Source: Chlamydiales bacterium (GTDB lineage: Bacteria > Chlamydiota > Chlamydiia > Chlamydiales > SM23-39). Taken from it: 64,000 nucleotides of DNA. Both the position numbers and the translations under genes were made by a program. The stretch is from assembly GCA_030681135.1 (NCBI GenBank), contig JAUXXF010000025.1, forward strand, positions 12,156-76,155, in the 5' to 3' direction. Position 1 is the stretch's first letter, and every line of letters begins with the position of its first letter. The notes below the pieces were generated by a model that made no database searches, had not been told where the DNA came from, and saw only the letters and a program-made list of their open reading frames with translations. This document shows positions 1 through 10,143 of this stretch, piece after piece.

Positions 1-393
1 AATACCCCCCGGAAAAGATCACATTTGCTATAACAATCGCAGAAATTGCCGCTGAACAGAAAATAAACTGTTGAAGAGGTGAGATGACAAATTTCCTGTG
101 AGCAATTTTTTTAATATCGTTACCTGACAACCCATGATAATAGCAAAAAGAACATTCTGCTATGCCAATGACGACATCAGCCACAATAGTTACTGGGGTA
201 CAAGCAAGAGTAATGGGAAGTGCGATCATTCCCCCCACATACCCCCCTACTCCTGAGAGAATGGCAAGAGTTCGATTGATAAAACGATGTGAAGAATTTG
301 CTGATTCTTGGTTCCATAGTTTTTCAGAGGATTGAAGAGCTTGCCAAGCTATATAAGTGGGAGCTTCTGCTAGCTGGAATACAGACGGCAGCA
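1..393 (-). CDS. hypothetical membrane protein, 3' end cut by window edge (Inc-like hydrophobic core)
   Basis: Own translation of the minus strand from ATG at 393: MLPSVFQLAEAPTYIAWQ...GVGGYVGGMIALPITLACTPVTIVADVVIGIAE... It stays open to position 1 (131 codons). It is absent from the ORF track, presumably because no stop lies inside the window. No family recognised. Confidence 0.35.
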
Positions 394-611
394 TTTGATA
401 ATGAAATACTTTACTCGTCTTGGCAGGTAAACTTATCGACACATCCTTCTCCTCTACAAAAAAGAGACATTGTAGAAAAATCCGGAAATGATTGAAAGGG
501 AAACCCCGTTCTATATTTTTATGAAAAATGTAAAAAATAAGAGAAACCAAAATCAATACCCCTCACAATAAAAGCATAAACAACTGTCCATAAATAACTT
601 AAGAAAGCGAG

Positions 612-638
612 TCAGCAATCCTTTGACTTGATTGCTAA
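612..638 (+). promoter_or_regulatory. CIRCE-like HrcA operator (TCAGCAATC-N9-GATTGCTAA)
   Basis: Arms 612-620 and 630-638 are reverse complements at 8 of 9 positions, with a 9-nt spacer. This resembles canonical CIRCE TTAGCACTC-N9-GAGTGCTAA. It lies 7 nt upstream of the -35 box of the hrcA promoter. Confidence 0.6.
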
Positions 639-645
639 AAATCGA

Positions 646-674
646 TTGCATCCTGGAAACCCTTCTGCTATAAT
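646..674 (+). promoter_or_regulatory. sigma-70/66-type promoter TTGCAT-17 nt-TATAAT for hrcA-grpE-dnaK
   Basis: TTGCAT at 646-651, 17-nt spacer, TATAAT at 669-674, 25 nt before the hrcA ATG (699). Confidence 0.5.
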
Positions 675-698
675 ACAGAAATAGAACAAGGTAACTGG

Positions 699-1871
699 AT
701 GAAACAGGCAACTCTCAAATCTCTTACCAGCAAAAAACCCTCAAAAAACGACCGGGAACAGGCCGTTTTATTGGGGCTCGTCGAACTATACCTCAAGCTA
801 GGCAAGCCAATTGGCTCTCAAACTCTTCAAGATCATGGATTTGAGTCGCTCAGTTCAGCCACAATCCGTAACTACTTCAGTAAATTGGAAGAGCTCGGCT
901 TTCTCAAGCAACCCCACACGTCGGGAGGAAGAATTCCTACTGACCGAGCTTTTAGACTCTACGCTGACACATTTCAAGAGCAAGGGATCGTTGAGCAAGA
1001 GCAGATTGATCTATTCCAAAAGACATTGCATAAAGAGTCGCAAGAAGTTGCAACCCTTTTACATAAAGCAGCAGAAACCCTCAGTGAAATCACCCAATGC
1101 GCCGTATTTGCCTCCTCTCCCAGGTTCGACCAAGATTTTATCCAAAATGTAAAACTCGTCTCACTGAACGAAGAAAAAATGCTCGCTATACTGATCACAG
1201 ATTTTGGGCTGGTTCGGACAGAAACGATCTATCTAGATCGCCCTGTATCTGAATCCTTCTTGCCTCTTTGCGAAAAATACTTCCTCTGGCGCATGAATAA
1301 GGGCGATAAAATCCTGTTCGAAAGAGAGGCTGACACCAAAACAGCGCAGCGCATCTATAATGAGGTGATCGTCCGTCACGTCGTTGGCTATGTGAACTTC
1401 CCTGAAGAAGATATTTTCCGAACAGGTCTTTCTAAACTACTCAACTATCCTGAATTCAATGATCCTACGGCGCTAGCTAGCTCTTTAAGCCTATTGGAAG
1501 ATCCCATTCAAATGCGCGCCATGCTTCGCTCCTGCTCTCAAAAAGGAAAACTGACCTCCTGGATTGGAGATGAATTAGACCCTCATATTCCTTCCGGAGC
1601 TGAATGTGCAGTCTTGGCAGTCCCCTACCATATTCATACAACCATCTCAGGATCGATTGCCCTGCTAGGGCCTATGCGGATGCCCTATCGAAATTTATTT
1701 GGGCTCATTCAGCTTTGCTCAGAGCACATTAGCGAGCTGCTGACCAAAAGCGTCTACACATTTAAAATCACATATCGGCAGCCCACTATTTTAGGCTCTC
1801 AACGGATCGATGCTGAAGAGACATCCATCCAACTAGAAAATAAAAACCAAACAAAAGATGAAAAACCATGA
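699..1871 (+). CDS. hrcA: heat-inducible transcription repressor HrcA
   Basis: 390 aa. The N-terminal winged-helix region and SGGRIPTDRAFRLY are typical of HrcA. It is followed by grpE and dnaK, and a CIRCE-like site lies upstream. Confidence 0.9.
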   Translation: MKQATLKSLTSKKPSKNDREQAVLLGLVELYLKLGKPIGSQTLQDHGFESLSSATIRNYFSKLEELGFLKQPHTSGGRIPTDRAFRLYADTFQEQGIVEQEQIDLFQKTLHKESQEVATLLHKAAETLSEITQCAVFASSPRFDQDFIQNVKLVSLNEEKMLAILITDFGLVRTETIYLDRPVSESFLPLCEKYFLWRMNKGDKILFEREADTKTAQRIYNEVIVRHVVGYVNFPEEDIFRTGLSKLLNYPEFNDPTALASSLSLLEDPIQMRAMLRSCSQKGKLTSWIGDELDPHIPSGAECAVLAVPYHIHTTISGSIALLGPMRMPYRNLFGLIQLCSEHISELLTKSVYTFKITYRQPTILGSQRIDAEETSIQLENKNQTKDEKP

Positions 1872-2488
1872 TGAATGATCCAGAAGACCAACTCGCAGAA
1901 GAATCTCTAGCTGCACTCAATGATGATACGCTAAGTGAGCTATTGGAAGAGAGTCAAGCTTCCTTAGAGTCTGAGCCCGAAACTAAACCAGCGGAAGAAG
2001 ACTGGAAGGGAAAATATTTTCGAGCTTTGGCTGAACAGGAAAATATGCGAAAACGACTCCAAAAAGAAAAGCAAGACATGCTCCGTTTTTGCTATGAAAA
2101 CTGCATTAGCGAATTCTTAGCTCCTTTGGACAATTTAGAAAACGCACTCAAGTTCACAGAGCAAGCCTCTCCAGAGGTCAAAAACTGGGCCATGGGATTT
2201 CATATGATCTTAACGCAGTTTAAAGAAATTTTGCACAATCATGGAGTGGTCGCCTTTCATTCCGAAGGCAACATATTTGATCCTCACTCCCATGAAGCAG
2301 TAGAAATTTTAGAGACTGAGCAACATGCAGAAGGAATTATTTTACAAGAATTTACCAAAGGGTATAAGAGCGCATCGCGCGTGGTCCGCCCAGCCCGGGT
2401 AAAGGTAGCTAAACGGCCAAAAGCTGAGACATCTTGTAAAGAACATGAATCGCAGGCCGAACAAACTTCTAAAGAAACAACAAATTAA
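1868..2488 (+). CDS. grpE: nucleotide exchange factor GrpE
   Basis: 206 aa with an acidic N-terminus, coiled coil and a C-terminal GrpE-like beta domain (FDPHSHEAV...). ATGA overlap with the hrcA stop; dnaK follows. Confidence 0.9.
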   Translation: MMNDPEDQLAEESLAALNDDTLSELLEESQASLESEPETKPAEEDWKGKYFRALAEQENMRKRLQKEKQDMLRFCYENCISEFLAPLDNLENALKFTEQASPEVKNWAMGFHMILTQFKEILHNHGVVAFHSEGNIFDPHSHEAVEILETEQHAEGIILQEFTKGYKSASRVVRPARVKVAKRPKAETSCKEHESQAEQTSKETTN

Positions 2489-2509
2489 AGTAAAAAAAAG
2501 AGAAACCTT

Positions 2510-4411
2510 ATGACAAAAAAACGAAAAATTATCGGTATTGACCTAGGAACCACCAACTCTTGTGTTGCTATCATGGAGGGCGGTTCTACTATAGTTATTT
2601 CCAACGCAGAAGGCGGGAGAACCACTCCTTCTGTCGTCGCATTTAAAGGATCTGAAAGGCTCGTCGGTGTACCTGCAAAAAGACAGTCGGTCACCAACCC
2701 TGATAAAACGCTCTATTCGACAAAACGATTCATCGGACGAAAGTTTGATGAAGCGAGCTCGGAAATTGCCACAGTACCTTATAAAGTGATCAAAAATGCC
2801 AATGGCGATGCAATCTTTGAAGTAGACGGCAAGCCAGTTTCTCCCGAGGAAGCTGCAGCGCAAGTGCTGATTAAGATGAAAGAGACTGCAGAGAGCTATC
2901 TTGGGGAAAAAATCACAGAAGCTGTGATCACGGTTCCAGCTTATTTTAACGATTCGCAGCGCCAATCAACAAAAGATGCTGGTCGGATTGCTGGACTTGA
3001 CGTAAAGCGAATTATTCCAGAGCCTACAGCTGCAGCTTTAGCTTACGGACTTGATAAACAAGTGACCGACAAAAAGATCGTTGTGTATGACTTAGGCGGC
3101 GGTACATTCGACGTTTCTGTTCTTGAAATCGGCGATGGCGTCTTTGAAGTGCTCGCAACAAACGGCGATACGCATCTTGGTGGCGACGACTTCGACAACG
3201 TGATTATTCATTGGATGCTCGACGAATTTAAAAAAGAGCACGGCATAGACCTTTCCAAAGATAAAATGGCTTTGCAGCGCCTTCGCGATGCAGCGGAAAA
3301 GGCAAAAATCGAGCTCTCTGGCGTCATGACGACAGAGATCAATCAGCCCTTTATTACCATGGACGCTAGCGGACCTAAACACCTCGCTTTGACGCTCAAC
3401 CGCTCAAAATTAGAAAGTCTTTGCCACGATCTGGTTGAAAGAACCGTAGCTCCTTGCCAAAAGGCCATCAAAGATGCCGGCATCAATATTTCCGATATTG
3501 GCGAGGTTATCTTGGTCGGTGGAATGACCCGTATGCCAATAGTCCAGCAAAAAGTCAAAGAGCTCTTCCAAAGAGAACCTCATAAAGGAGTAAATCCTGA
3601 CGAAGCTGTAGCTATCGGCGCGGCTATTCAAGGAGGCATTATCGCAGGAGATGTCAAAGACGTTCTTCTCCTAGACGTGGTTCCTCTTACTCTCGGCATT
3701 GAGACGCTCGGCGGCGTGATGACAGCTCTCATCGAGCGCAATACGACGATTCCTACACAGAAAAAACAAGTATTCTCAACTGCTGCAGATAATCAGCCCG
3801 CAGTGACGATCGTCGTCCTCCAAGGTGAGCGCCCTATGGCGAAAGACAACAAGGAAATTGGTAGATTCGATCTAACTGATATTCCTCCTTCTCCTCGAGG
3901 CGTTCCTCAAATTGAAGTAGCGTTCGATATCGATGCAGACGGTATTTTACACGTCTCTGCAAAAGATAAGCAGTCAAACCGCGAACAAAAGATCAAGATT
4001 GAAGCAAAATCGGGATTAACCGATGCAGAAATCCAAAAAAAGATCAAAGAAGCGGAACTGCATGCTGAGGAAGACAAAACGCGCAAAGAGGAAGTCGAAG
4101 TACGCAACGAAGCCGATGCACTGGTCTTCCGAGCAGAAAAATCGCTGACCGAGTTCAAAGATAAATTGCCTGCGAATATCGCCTCCGAAATTCAGGGTAA
4201 AATCGATGAAGTAAAACAAGCGATCTCTTCACAAGATACAGCGCTTATTAAAACCAAAACAGCTGACTTGCAGCAGCACATGCAGAAAATTGGAGAAGAG
4301 CTCTCTAAAGCAGGCCAGGCTCAAGGAGCTGCGCCTCAAGCATCCGCTGCTAACTCTGGGGATAAAAACAACCTAGAAGATGCAGAAGTCGAAATCATCG
4401 ATAAAGAATAA
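2510..4411 (+). CDS. dnaK: molecular chaperone DnaK (Hsp70)
   Basis: 633 aa with [23 protein letters not shown] and [11 protein letters not shown] Hsp70 signatures. Confidence 0.98.
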   Translation: MTKKRKIIGIDLGTTNSCVAIMEGGSTIVISNAEGGRTTPSVVAFKGSERLVGVPAKRQSVTNPDKTLYSTKRFIGRKFDEASSEIATVPYKVIKNANGDAIFEVDGKPVSPEEAAAQVLIKMKETAESYLGEKITEAVITVPAYFNDSQRQSTKDAGRIAGLDVKRIIPEPTAAALAYGLDKQVTDKKIVVYDLGGGTFDVSVLEIGDGVFEVLATNGDTHLGGDDFDNVIIHWMLDEFKKEHGIDLSKDKMALQRLRDAAEKAKIELSGVMTTEINQPFITMDASGPKHLALTLNRSKLESLCHDLVERTVAPCQKAIKDAGINISDIGEVILVGGMTRMPIVQQKVKELFQREPHKGVNPDEAVAIGAAIQGGIIAGDVKDVLLLDVVPLTLGIETLGGVMTALIERNTTIPTQKKQVFSTAADNQPAVTIVVLQGERPMAKDNKEIGRFDLTDIPPSPRGVPQIEVAFDIDADGILHVSAKDKQSNREQKIKIEAKSGLTDAEIQKKIKEAELHAEEDKTRKEEVEVRNEADALVFRAEKSLTEFKDKLPANIASEIQGKIDEVKQAISSQDTALIKTKTADLQQHMQKIGEELSKAGQAQGAAPQASAANSGDKNNLEDAEVEIIDKE

Positions 4412-4434
4412 GTAAGTTTATTTTCTCCCAACTT

Positions 4435-4470
4435 AAGCCTGGCTAATTCATTAGCCAGGCTTTCTTTTTT
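4435..4470 (+). terminator. rho-independent terminator after dnaK
   Basis: Perfect 12-bp stem AAGCCTGGCTAA / TTAGCCAGGCTT (4435-4446 / 4451-4462), 4-nt loop, then TCTTTTTT. Confidence 0.65.
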
Positions 4471-4479
4471 ACAACCAAC

Positions 4480-6087
4480 TTAGAGGGCCATGACAACGCC
4501 GCTCTCTTGATTAATCGTAAATTCTCCTTTCAAAAAATTTGGCGAATTCTTCGCCAGGCCTGCCATGGCATTAAAGTTCAGCGGAATAGTTGGATCGATT
4601 TCCCCTTTTGCCATGAGTTCTTTATGCCGCTCCAAGACTCTCGTTATAAAAGGCAGCCCGATAGTGACTGCTTTCGATAACCTCTCTTCTTTGGTAACTC
4701 CCAACGCTGGATTATTGGCCAAATTCACTAACACAGCCGGCATATAAGTAGGCGTCCGACCAGATTCTTTCAATTGAACATCTAACTGGGCAGCAATACG
4801 GGTTTGCATCACAGGATCGAGTTCAGCAATCGCTTTTCTAAGAACCATTCCTTCCTCTACAGTAAATAACCTCAACATGGCTCCAACACGCGTTAATACA
4901 CGATCAGAATGATGATGACAATTAAGACCTAGCCAAGATGCACGCACGCTAAGATAAGCATTATACGCATCCAATTCACTCGCATTCGGTGAGATAAGGA
5001 CTCTTACAGCCTCTGCCATTGCCTGCATCGCTTGATGTGTGGATTCTGTATAGACTATAGAAGATTGATTATTCACATGACCTAAAGCGCCAGCCACATC
5101 ACATGTATGGACAAACAAATCAAAAGAAAGGGCGATGGGATCCGTAGAAGGAACTCCGCTTTCTTTTAATTTACTAAACATTCCAAGACCTCCCTCCAAA
5201 TGGGTCACATGTCCATAATGAGCTAAGTTTGCGATTTTAAAGAGCAGCTTTTTGGCAGAAGTGGGCAATTTAGCAAAAGAAGGGCAAAGCTTAGGGCTGT
5301 GGAAGATGATTTGCATCGCCTCTCCATAAAAATCATCATGATCTGGAGCTTTGATTCCATAAGGATTAAATATAGCTCTGGCTTTTTCGCTTTTTCCAAT
5401 ATCGCCGAGGACTAAAGCAGTTTCCATAGCTTCGGCCATTTGGAGCTCAGACATTCCTCCCCATCTTGATTTTAAGATGGTTTGTCCTTGTAGATGAAGC
5501 ATTTGGAAACTCTCGAATGAAAGTTTCCCATTCTCCGGTTGAGCTGCTGTGAACGTTGCATAAGCTTTTTCACTTCCATCCAATAGAAGTTTTAAGCAAT
5601 GAAGAGTCATGATCGTACGATCAAATTCAATATATTTTTGACCAAACAACTGCTCAGAATATGTTCCTTGAAGAGTCGCCTGTCCTTCTTCAGTCTTATG
5701 AACTTCGCTATTTGCAAGCCATAAAACTTCTGGGTGTTGCTGAACACATTGTTCAACCCACATCTTCCCCTCTATCGGTGATAAGATCATTGGCATTAAG
5801 CAGTCTTCAAATGAAGAGCCTGTCTCTTTTCCATGTAAAGAAAAAGAACCGAATAAGCTTCCACTCAATAATAAATAGAAGGCAGTTTTTCCTATTTTTT
5901 TTACCATTGGACCTTCTTGATTTTGAACAATCAATCTCGATATGACTCTGAAACTAGAAGTTCCTGTAGTTTTAAGCATTTCTATAAAACTGCCCATAGC
6001 AGCTTCAAAAAGTTGGCTAGTTGAATCTTTAGCCTGAGAAATAAAAGAAGGCAAAGATCTTGCGTAAGAAGAAATAAGAGGGAACAT
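4480..6087 (-). CDS. hypothetical protein (lineage-specific; one N-terminal hydrophobic segment)
   Basis: Long ORF 4480-6123 (GTG). The ATG at 6087 is preceded by AGGAG at 7-nt spacing, so it is the preferred start. No confident family. An LGDIGK / DHDDF stretch faintly recalls HD-domain motifs, but this is not supported further. Confidence 0.6.
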   Translation of the reverse strand: MFPLISSYARSLPSFISQAKDSTSQLFEAAMGSFIEMLKTTGTSSFRVISRLIVQNQEGPMVKKIGKTAFYLLLSGSLFGSFSLHGKETGSSFEDCLMPMILSPIEGKMWVEQCVQQHPEVLWLANSEVHKTEEGQATLQGTYSEQLFGQKYIEFDRTIMTLHCLKLLLDGSEKAYATFTAAQPENGKLSFESFQMLHLQGQTILKSRWGGMSELQMAEAMETALVLGDIGKSEKARAIFNPYGIKAPDHDDFYGEAMQIIFHSPKLCPSFAKLPTSAKKLLFKIANLAHYGHVTHLEGGLGMFSKLKESGVPSTDPIALSFDLFVHTCDVAGALGHVNNQSSIVYTESTHQAMQAMAEAVRVLISPNASELDAYNAYLSVRASWLGLNCHHHSDRVLTRVGAMLRLFTVEEGMVLRKAIAELDPVMQTRIAAQLDVQLKESGRTPTYMPAVLVNLANNPALGVTKEERLSKAVTIGLPFITRVLERHKELMAKGEIDPTIPLNFNAMAGLAKNSPNFLKGEFTINQESGVVMAL

Positions 6088-6289
6088 GTTGAATCTCCTA
6101 GTTAAAGGCGTTATTTGTAGCACACCCTCTCTAAAAAAACAACCAAAGGACAGACAAGACTAACCTTCGTATGTGTAAATTTTTCTTTAAAATATTTCGC
6201 ATATTCTATAAAAGATATTACCTTCACAGACAGCTGTGAAGACTCCCCTTCCTTAAGAGGAAAAAAAACAAAACATATGAGGTTCTATT

Positions 6290-7168
6290 ATGGCTACACA
6301 AGCATGTTCAGAAACCCTTTATCAAAAATCTATACAACAAGCTCTCCATTTTTACTCTCAGGCGGAGCCCGTTTTAGGAGAAAATCTTAAAAAGATGGAT
6401 TGTTGCAAAGGAGAGTGGTCTAGGCAAACTATAGATCTATCTATCTCTACTTATACTGCTGAGCAAAAAGAGCAAATAGAGAGAACGGCGCTGACAAATT
6501 ACCATACCTTTCAAAAAACAAAACAACTAGTCAACGAACTGTTTCAAACAATTACTAAAACACGCCAACTTTGTACGAGAAATCCCATTTCGGAAGACGC
6601 CTATGAAACCATGAAGAACTTAGGAATCATGATTGAGATCATTCGTGAACACGAAAATGCACTCTGCAACGCAGTTCAACATTTAGAAACTATAGAAAAG
6701 CGGATCAAAGAGGTATTCAAAGATCGTATAGAGCAACGGATACCTGAAATAGAACCTAGTCTCGACGGTCTTATGAGTGTTTTACATCCAGAGCTTGTAG
6801 GATGGGGAATCGTTAAAAGTCTCTACAGAGGACAACCCGCTTTAACGAAAACATATGATGACTGGGTAAAAAATGCTTCCGAAGAACAAAAAAACGGATC
6901 TCTTCTCACAAAAGTAAAGCCGCTTAAAGAGTTCTCTTTTGCTGCTGTAGATCCTACCTTTAGTCGATTAGATGAGGCTTTAAAAACCTTAGATCTTAGC
7001 TATCTTGATCCTCAAACAAATAAAGGATATGGCCTGCAGCCTGCTTCAGAAGAAGGATGGAAGGAGGCTGTAAAAGAGCCCGAGGAAAAGAAGCTTGAGC
7101 AGGTTGTAGAAGAAACACCAATCACTCTGGAACAGCAGCCAAGCTTTCTAGATCTTAACGCTTGTTAA
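6290..7168 (+). CDS. hypothetical protein, helical/coiled-coil rich
   Basis: 292-aa ORF with GAGG 7 nt upstream of the ATG. A hairpin follows the stop. No family recognised. Confidence 0.55.
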   Translation: MATQACSETLYQKSIQQALHFYSQAEPVLGENLKKMDCCKGEWSRQTIDLSISTYTAEQKEQIERTALTNYHTFQKTKQLVNELFQTITKTRQLCTRNPISEDAYETMKNLGIMIEIIREHENALCNAVQHLETIEKRIKEVFKDRIEQRIPEIEPSLDGLMSVLHPELVGWGIVKSLYRGQPALTKTYDDWVKNASEEQKNGSLLTKVKPLKEFSFAAVDPTFSRLDEALKTLDLSYLDPQTNKGYGLQPASEEGWKEAVKEPEEKKLEQVVEETPITLEQQPSFLDLNAC

Positions 7169-7181
7169 AGAAACCATTCAA

Positions 7182-7213
7182 ATCCCCCTTCCTCGAAAGC
7201 GAGGTTGGGGGAT
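7182..7213. terminator. hairpin between convergent genes (possible bidirectional terminator)
   Basis: ATCCCCC...GGGGGAT outer stem with an inner CCTCG-AAAG-CGAGG stem, lying between the stops at 7168 (+) and 7230 (-). No strong T-run. Confidence 0.4.
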
Positions 7214-7229
7214 CTATAGTCATTTATAC

Positions 7230-9152
7230 CTAAAAAAACGATCCGAAAAGCCTCGTAATATCCTGATAGGTAATATACACAAAAAACGCCACAAGAAGCC
7301 CAACAAAAGGGATCATCATCCTCTCCATGGTTCTGGCTTTAATAGGACGTCTTATGATTTTTTCGATCAGAGAAAATACGATATGCCCTCCATCGAGGAC
7401 AGGCAAAGGCAATAAATTCAAAAGCCCCAAGCTTAAGCTAATCACTGCCATCCAATAAAGAGCTTCTTTGGCTCCTATCATCCAACTATGATGCACAACT
7501 TGTACGATCCCAACAGGACCCGACATAAATTTAGGGCTCAACTTGCCAGAAACTAATCTTGATAAGGTAAGAGCTGTATCTTGAATCACATCGCCAAACT
7601 GCTGGGCAGGATTCGGATTATAGACCACGACTCGATCCTGAAGTGAGGCGCCTAATGCAAGTCTATTTTGCTGCTGTTCAAACTGTCTGAAAGCCTCAGC
7701 TCTTGCCCCTGCATGTTTTATCCCCTCAATGGCTTTTTTTTGTTTCTCCATCTGCGCAAGGATCAAGTTTTTTTGTTCAGAGACAAACGGCAAATGACTA
7801 TAGGAAAGAGGAGTTGTAGGGCGCAGCAAATGTAAAGATCCCAAGGAGCTTATAGACTGATTTGTCCCAATGCTCGACACAATTGCCTGAAGATCGGCTA
7901 ATCGAAAATCATCAAACTGCTTATCCGCCTCTGTCCAAAGCACCTTTTCTACAGATTCAGGATTTCTCTCTACAATTAAAAGAACTTCCCTCGTTTGCAA
8001 ATGCTCCAAAAATTGGTAGGCACTGCCCACTGCATGGCCATTTACTGCCAGGATCTGATCCCCTTCTTGTAAAGGATGAAAATAGGCACACCGCTGACAA
8101 TCTTGAAAAGCTTTTTTCTGCTCTTGTTCATCAATAAACGGCAGACGACTTTCTACTTCACAAGCAGGCGATAAATTATAAGGAATAAAGGCAAGATCTT
8201 GAACTTTTTTCTGCAGCCCGATCTCATGTTGCCAATCATCGACTTCTGAGCGCTCATAAGAGCTCATCTTCAAATCGCCTATGAGTACCCGAGGAACTCT
8301 CGTTTGAAAGACTTCATCCCCTCGCCGTACAGTTAAAAAAGCTGTTTGCTCATTAATCACATGGCTCAGCTGCTTTAGGGAAAATAAAACTTCCCCATCA
8401 GCCCAAATCAATCGATCTCCAGGTTTCATGCCACTAGCTACAATCGGGGCACCTTCCAAGAGACCGGACTCTGCATAAATTAAATAACTAGCCGGATCGG
8501 AAATGCCAATTGTTCTCATATCTTGAGAAAGATCCGATCTCTTATCATGCTTTAAGGTGTATTGAAAAGGAATCTCTTTGCCTGTTTCATAATCAACCTT
8601 ATACCCCTCAATCTGCATCATCGACTCATCCATCACCGATGCAACCAAGAGATCCTTTATCCCTCTAAAGGGGCGCCCATCATATTTTTGGACAACATCA
8701 CCAGGACGAACCCCCTGTTCATATAAAGTAGATGTAGGATCAATCCATCCAATCCGCTGGGTGTATTCTTTAAAAGACTTATCTCTTCCACCCAGACTCC
8801 AGAGAAAAGTAAACGCAAGAAAAGCAAACACGATATTGACGAGAGGACCGGCCAAGGCGACTTGAATTCTTTTTCCTGGCGATTTACTATAAAAACCATC
8901 GGGGACATCGCAAGGCTCTACGTTCCCTTCTCTTTGCATCCCTGCAATTTTTACGTACCCCCCAAAAGGTAATAGACAAATTTGCCATTTGACCCCCTGA
9001 AACATCCAAGAGATCAGCGGACGTCCGAAACCGATAGAAAAGATTTCTATTTTCATTCCAGCACGCTTCGCTAACCAATAATGCCCAAGCTCATGAATAA
9101 ACACTAAAAAGCCAAGGCCCACAATTGCCAATAATATATACATCAGATCCAT
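7230..9152 (-). CDS. rseP: RIP site-2 zinc metalloprotease RseP/YaeL (M50) with PDZ domains
   Basis: 640 aa with HELGHYWLAK near the N-terminus, central PDZ-like regions, and C-terminal LNLLPLPVLDGGH. Confidence 0.9.
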   Translation of the reverse strand: MDLMYILLAIVGLGFLVFIHELGHYWLAKRAGMKIEIFSIGFGRPLISWMFQGVKWQICLLPFGGYVKIAGMQREGNVEPCDVPDGFYSKSPGKRIQVALAGPLVNIVFAFLAFTFLWSLGGRDKSFKEYTQRIGWIDPTSTLYEQGVRPGDVVQKYDGRPFRGIKDLLVASVMDESMMQIEGYKVDYETGKEIPFQYTLKHDKRSDLSQDMRTIGISDPASYLIYAESGLLEGAPIVASGMKPGDRLIWADGEVLFSLKQLSHVINEQTAFLTVRRGDEVFQTRVPRVLIGDLKMSSYERSEVDDWQHEIGLQKKVQDLAFIPYNLSPACEVESRLPFIDEQEQKKAFQDCQRCAYFHPLQEGDQILAVNGHAVGSAYQFLEHLQTREVLLIVERNPESVEKVLWTEADKQFDDFRLADLQAIVSSIGTNQSISSLGSLHLLRPTTPLSYSHLPFVSEQKNLILAQMEKQKKAIEGIKHAGARAEAFRQFEQQQNRLALGASLQDRVVVYNPNPAQQFGDVIQDTALTLSRLVSGKLSPKFMSGPVGIVQVVHHSWMIGAKEALYWMAVISLSLGLLNLLPLPVLDGGHIVFSLIEKIIRRPIKARTMERMMIPFVGLLVAFFVYITYQDITRLFGSFF

Positions 9153-9186
9153 CTGCCTGCTCTAATTTTTAAACACCCTTTTAAGG

Positions 9187-10143
9187 TTAACATATTTCTG
9201 TCTCTCTGTGAAGTTTTTTGGTAGTTGTCAATTTTTTTACCAGAAGAGCCAAGAGATAAAGAAGCCCAATAACGACCGACACAATCCCTCCTGTAGAAAG
9301 CGCCCAACCATGAATGTTAAACACATGGCGAGATATTGCGACGCTCATCCAAGCAGCTCCCATTCCAATCAAAGGAGTCCATACAAGCAATCTAGAGAGC
9401 CTAGAGCAAAACAGACGAGCAATCAAATAAGGACCTGTTAACAACGTCAATACAACAACTACACCTACGGCCCGAAAAGCGCCGATGCATGTTATGGCTA
9501 CAAGAAGTAGAAAAAGATAACGAAAAAACCCTACTCTGACTCCAAAAATTCTCGCTAAAGAACTGTCAAAACTCATCAACTGAAATTGCTTAAAAAATAG
9601 AAAAATGATCATAGCATTCACGATAATCGAACAAGCTGGCAAAGCCACATCACTGATAGAGAGGGCATCAGCATTGCCCATAATCGCCTCTACCCCCAAA
9701 TGGACATCGCGTAAATAAATGGTTACGATTATGATGGCTATCGCAAAAAGCCCCGTAAACACGAGACCGATGCTCGCATCAGCCTGTAAACGAAACCATT
9801 TAGCTAATGCATCGCTGCTCACAGCTGTCAATAGAGCGGCAATAAACGCTCCTAAGAGCAAAGAAGACATATCAAACCACTGCCCTCCCCAGAAAGCTCT
9901 AGCCACAAGAGCTGAAAGAGCAATTCCTAAAAGCACGGTATGAGAAAGAGAATTTGCCAGCATTGTCATCCGCTGCAAAATAAGCAAAGGACTAACAAGC
10001 CCGCAAGAAAAAGCAACTGCACTGATGACAATCAGCTGAACTTCATCAGAGCAAAAAGCCTCCTTGCCCATGAAGAGAAGAGGGAGTCTTTGAAAAAAAA
10101 GGAGGAAAAAAGAGAAAAAATTGACATCCCAATAGGCACTCAT
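9187..10143 (-). CDS. ytgD: metal (Fe/Mn/Zn) ABC transporter permease, YtgD-like
   Basis: 318-aa polytopic membrane protein of the ZnuB/TroD type. ATGA overlap with the upstream permease gene. Fourth gene of the ytgABCD-like operon. Confidence 0.8.
   Translation of the reverse strand: MSAYWDVNFFSFFLLFFQRLPLLFMGKEAFCSDEVQLIVISAVAFSCGLVSPLLILQRMTMLANSLSHTVLLGIALSALVARAFWGGQWFDMSSLLLGAFIAALLTAVSSDALAKWFRLQADASIGLVFTGLFAIAIIIVTIYLRDVHLGVEAIMGNADALSISDVALPACSIIVNAMIIFLFFKQFQLMSFDSSLARIFGVRVGFFRYLFLLLVAITCIGAFRAVGVVVVLTLLTGPYLIARLFCSRLSRLLVWTPLIGMGAAWMSVAISRHVFNIHGWALSTGGIVSVVIGLLYLLALLVKKLTTTKKLHRETEIC

Noticed and set aside
289-495. 68-aa plus-strand ORF upstream of hrcA.
   Set aside because: It overlaps a longer minus-strand reading frame that runs to the window edge and has membrane-protein character. 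The plus-strand product has no features.
811-1198. Alternative-frame and antisense ORFs inside hrcA (811-1152 +, 974-1198 -).
   Set aside because: They are contained within the motif-supported hrcA frame.
2543-4219. Several 67-140-aa ORFs antisense to dnaK (2485-2697, 2543-2965, 3092-3382, 3343-3558, 3410-3631, 3907-4158, 4016-4219).
   Set aside because: They are embedded in an unambiguous Hsp70 gene, have low-complexity or odd composition and no RBS, and are typical shadow ORFs.
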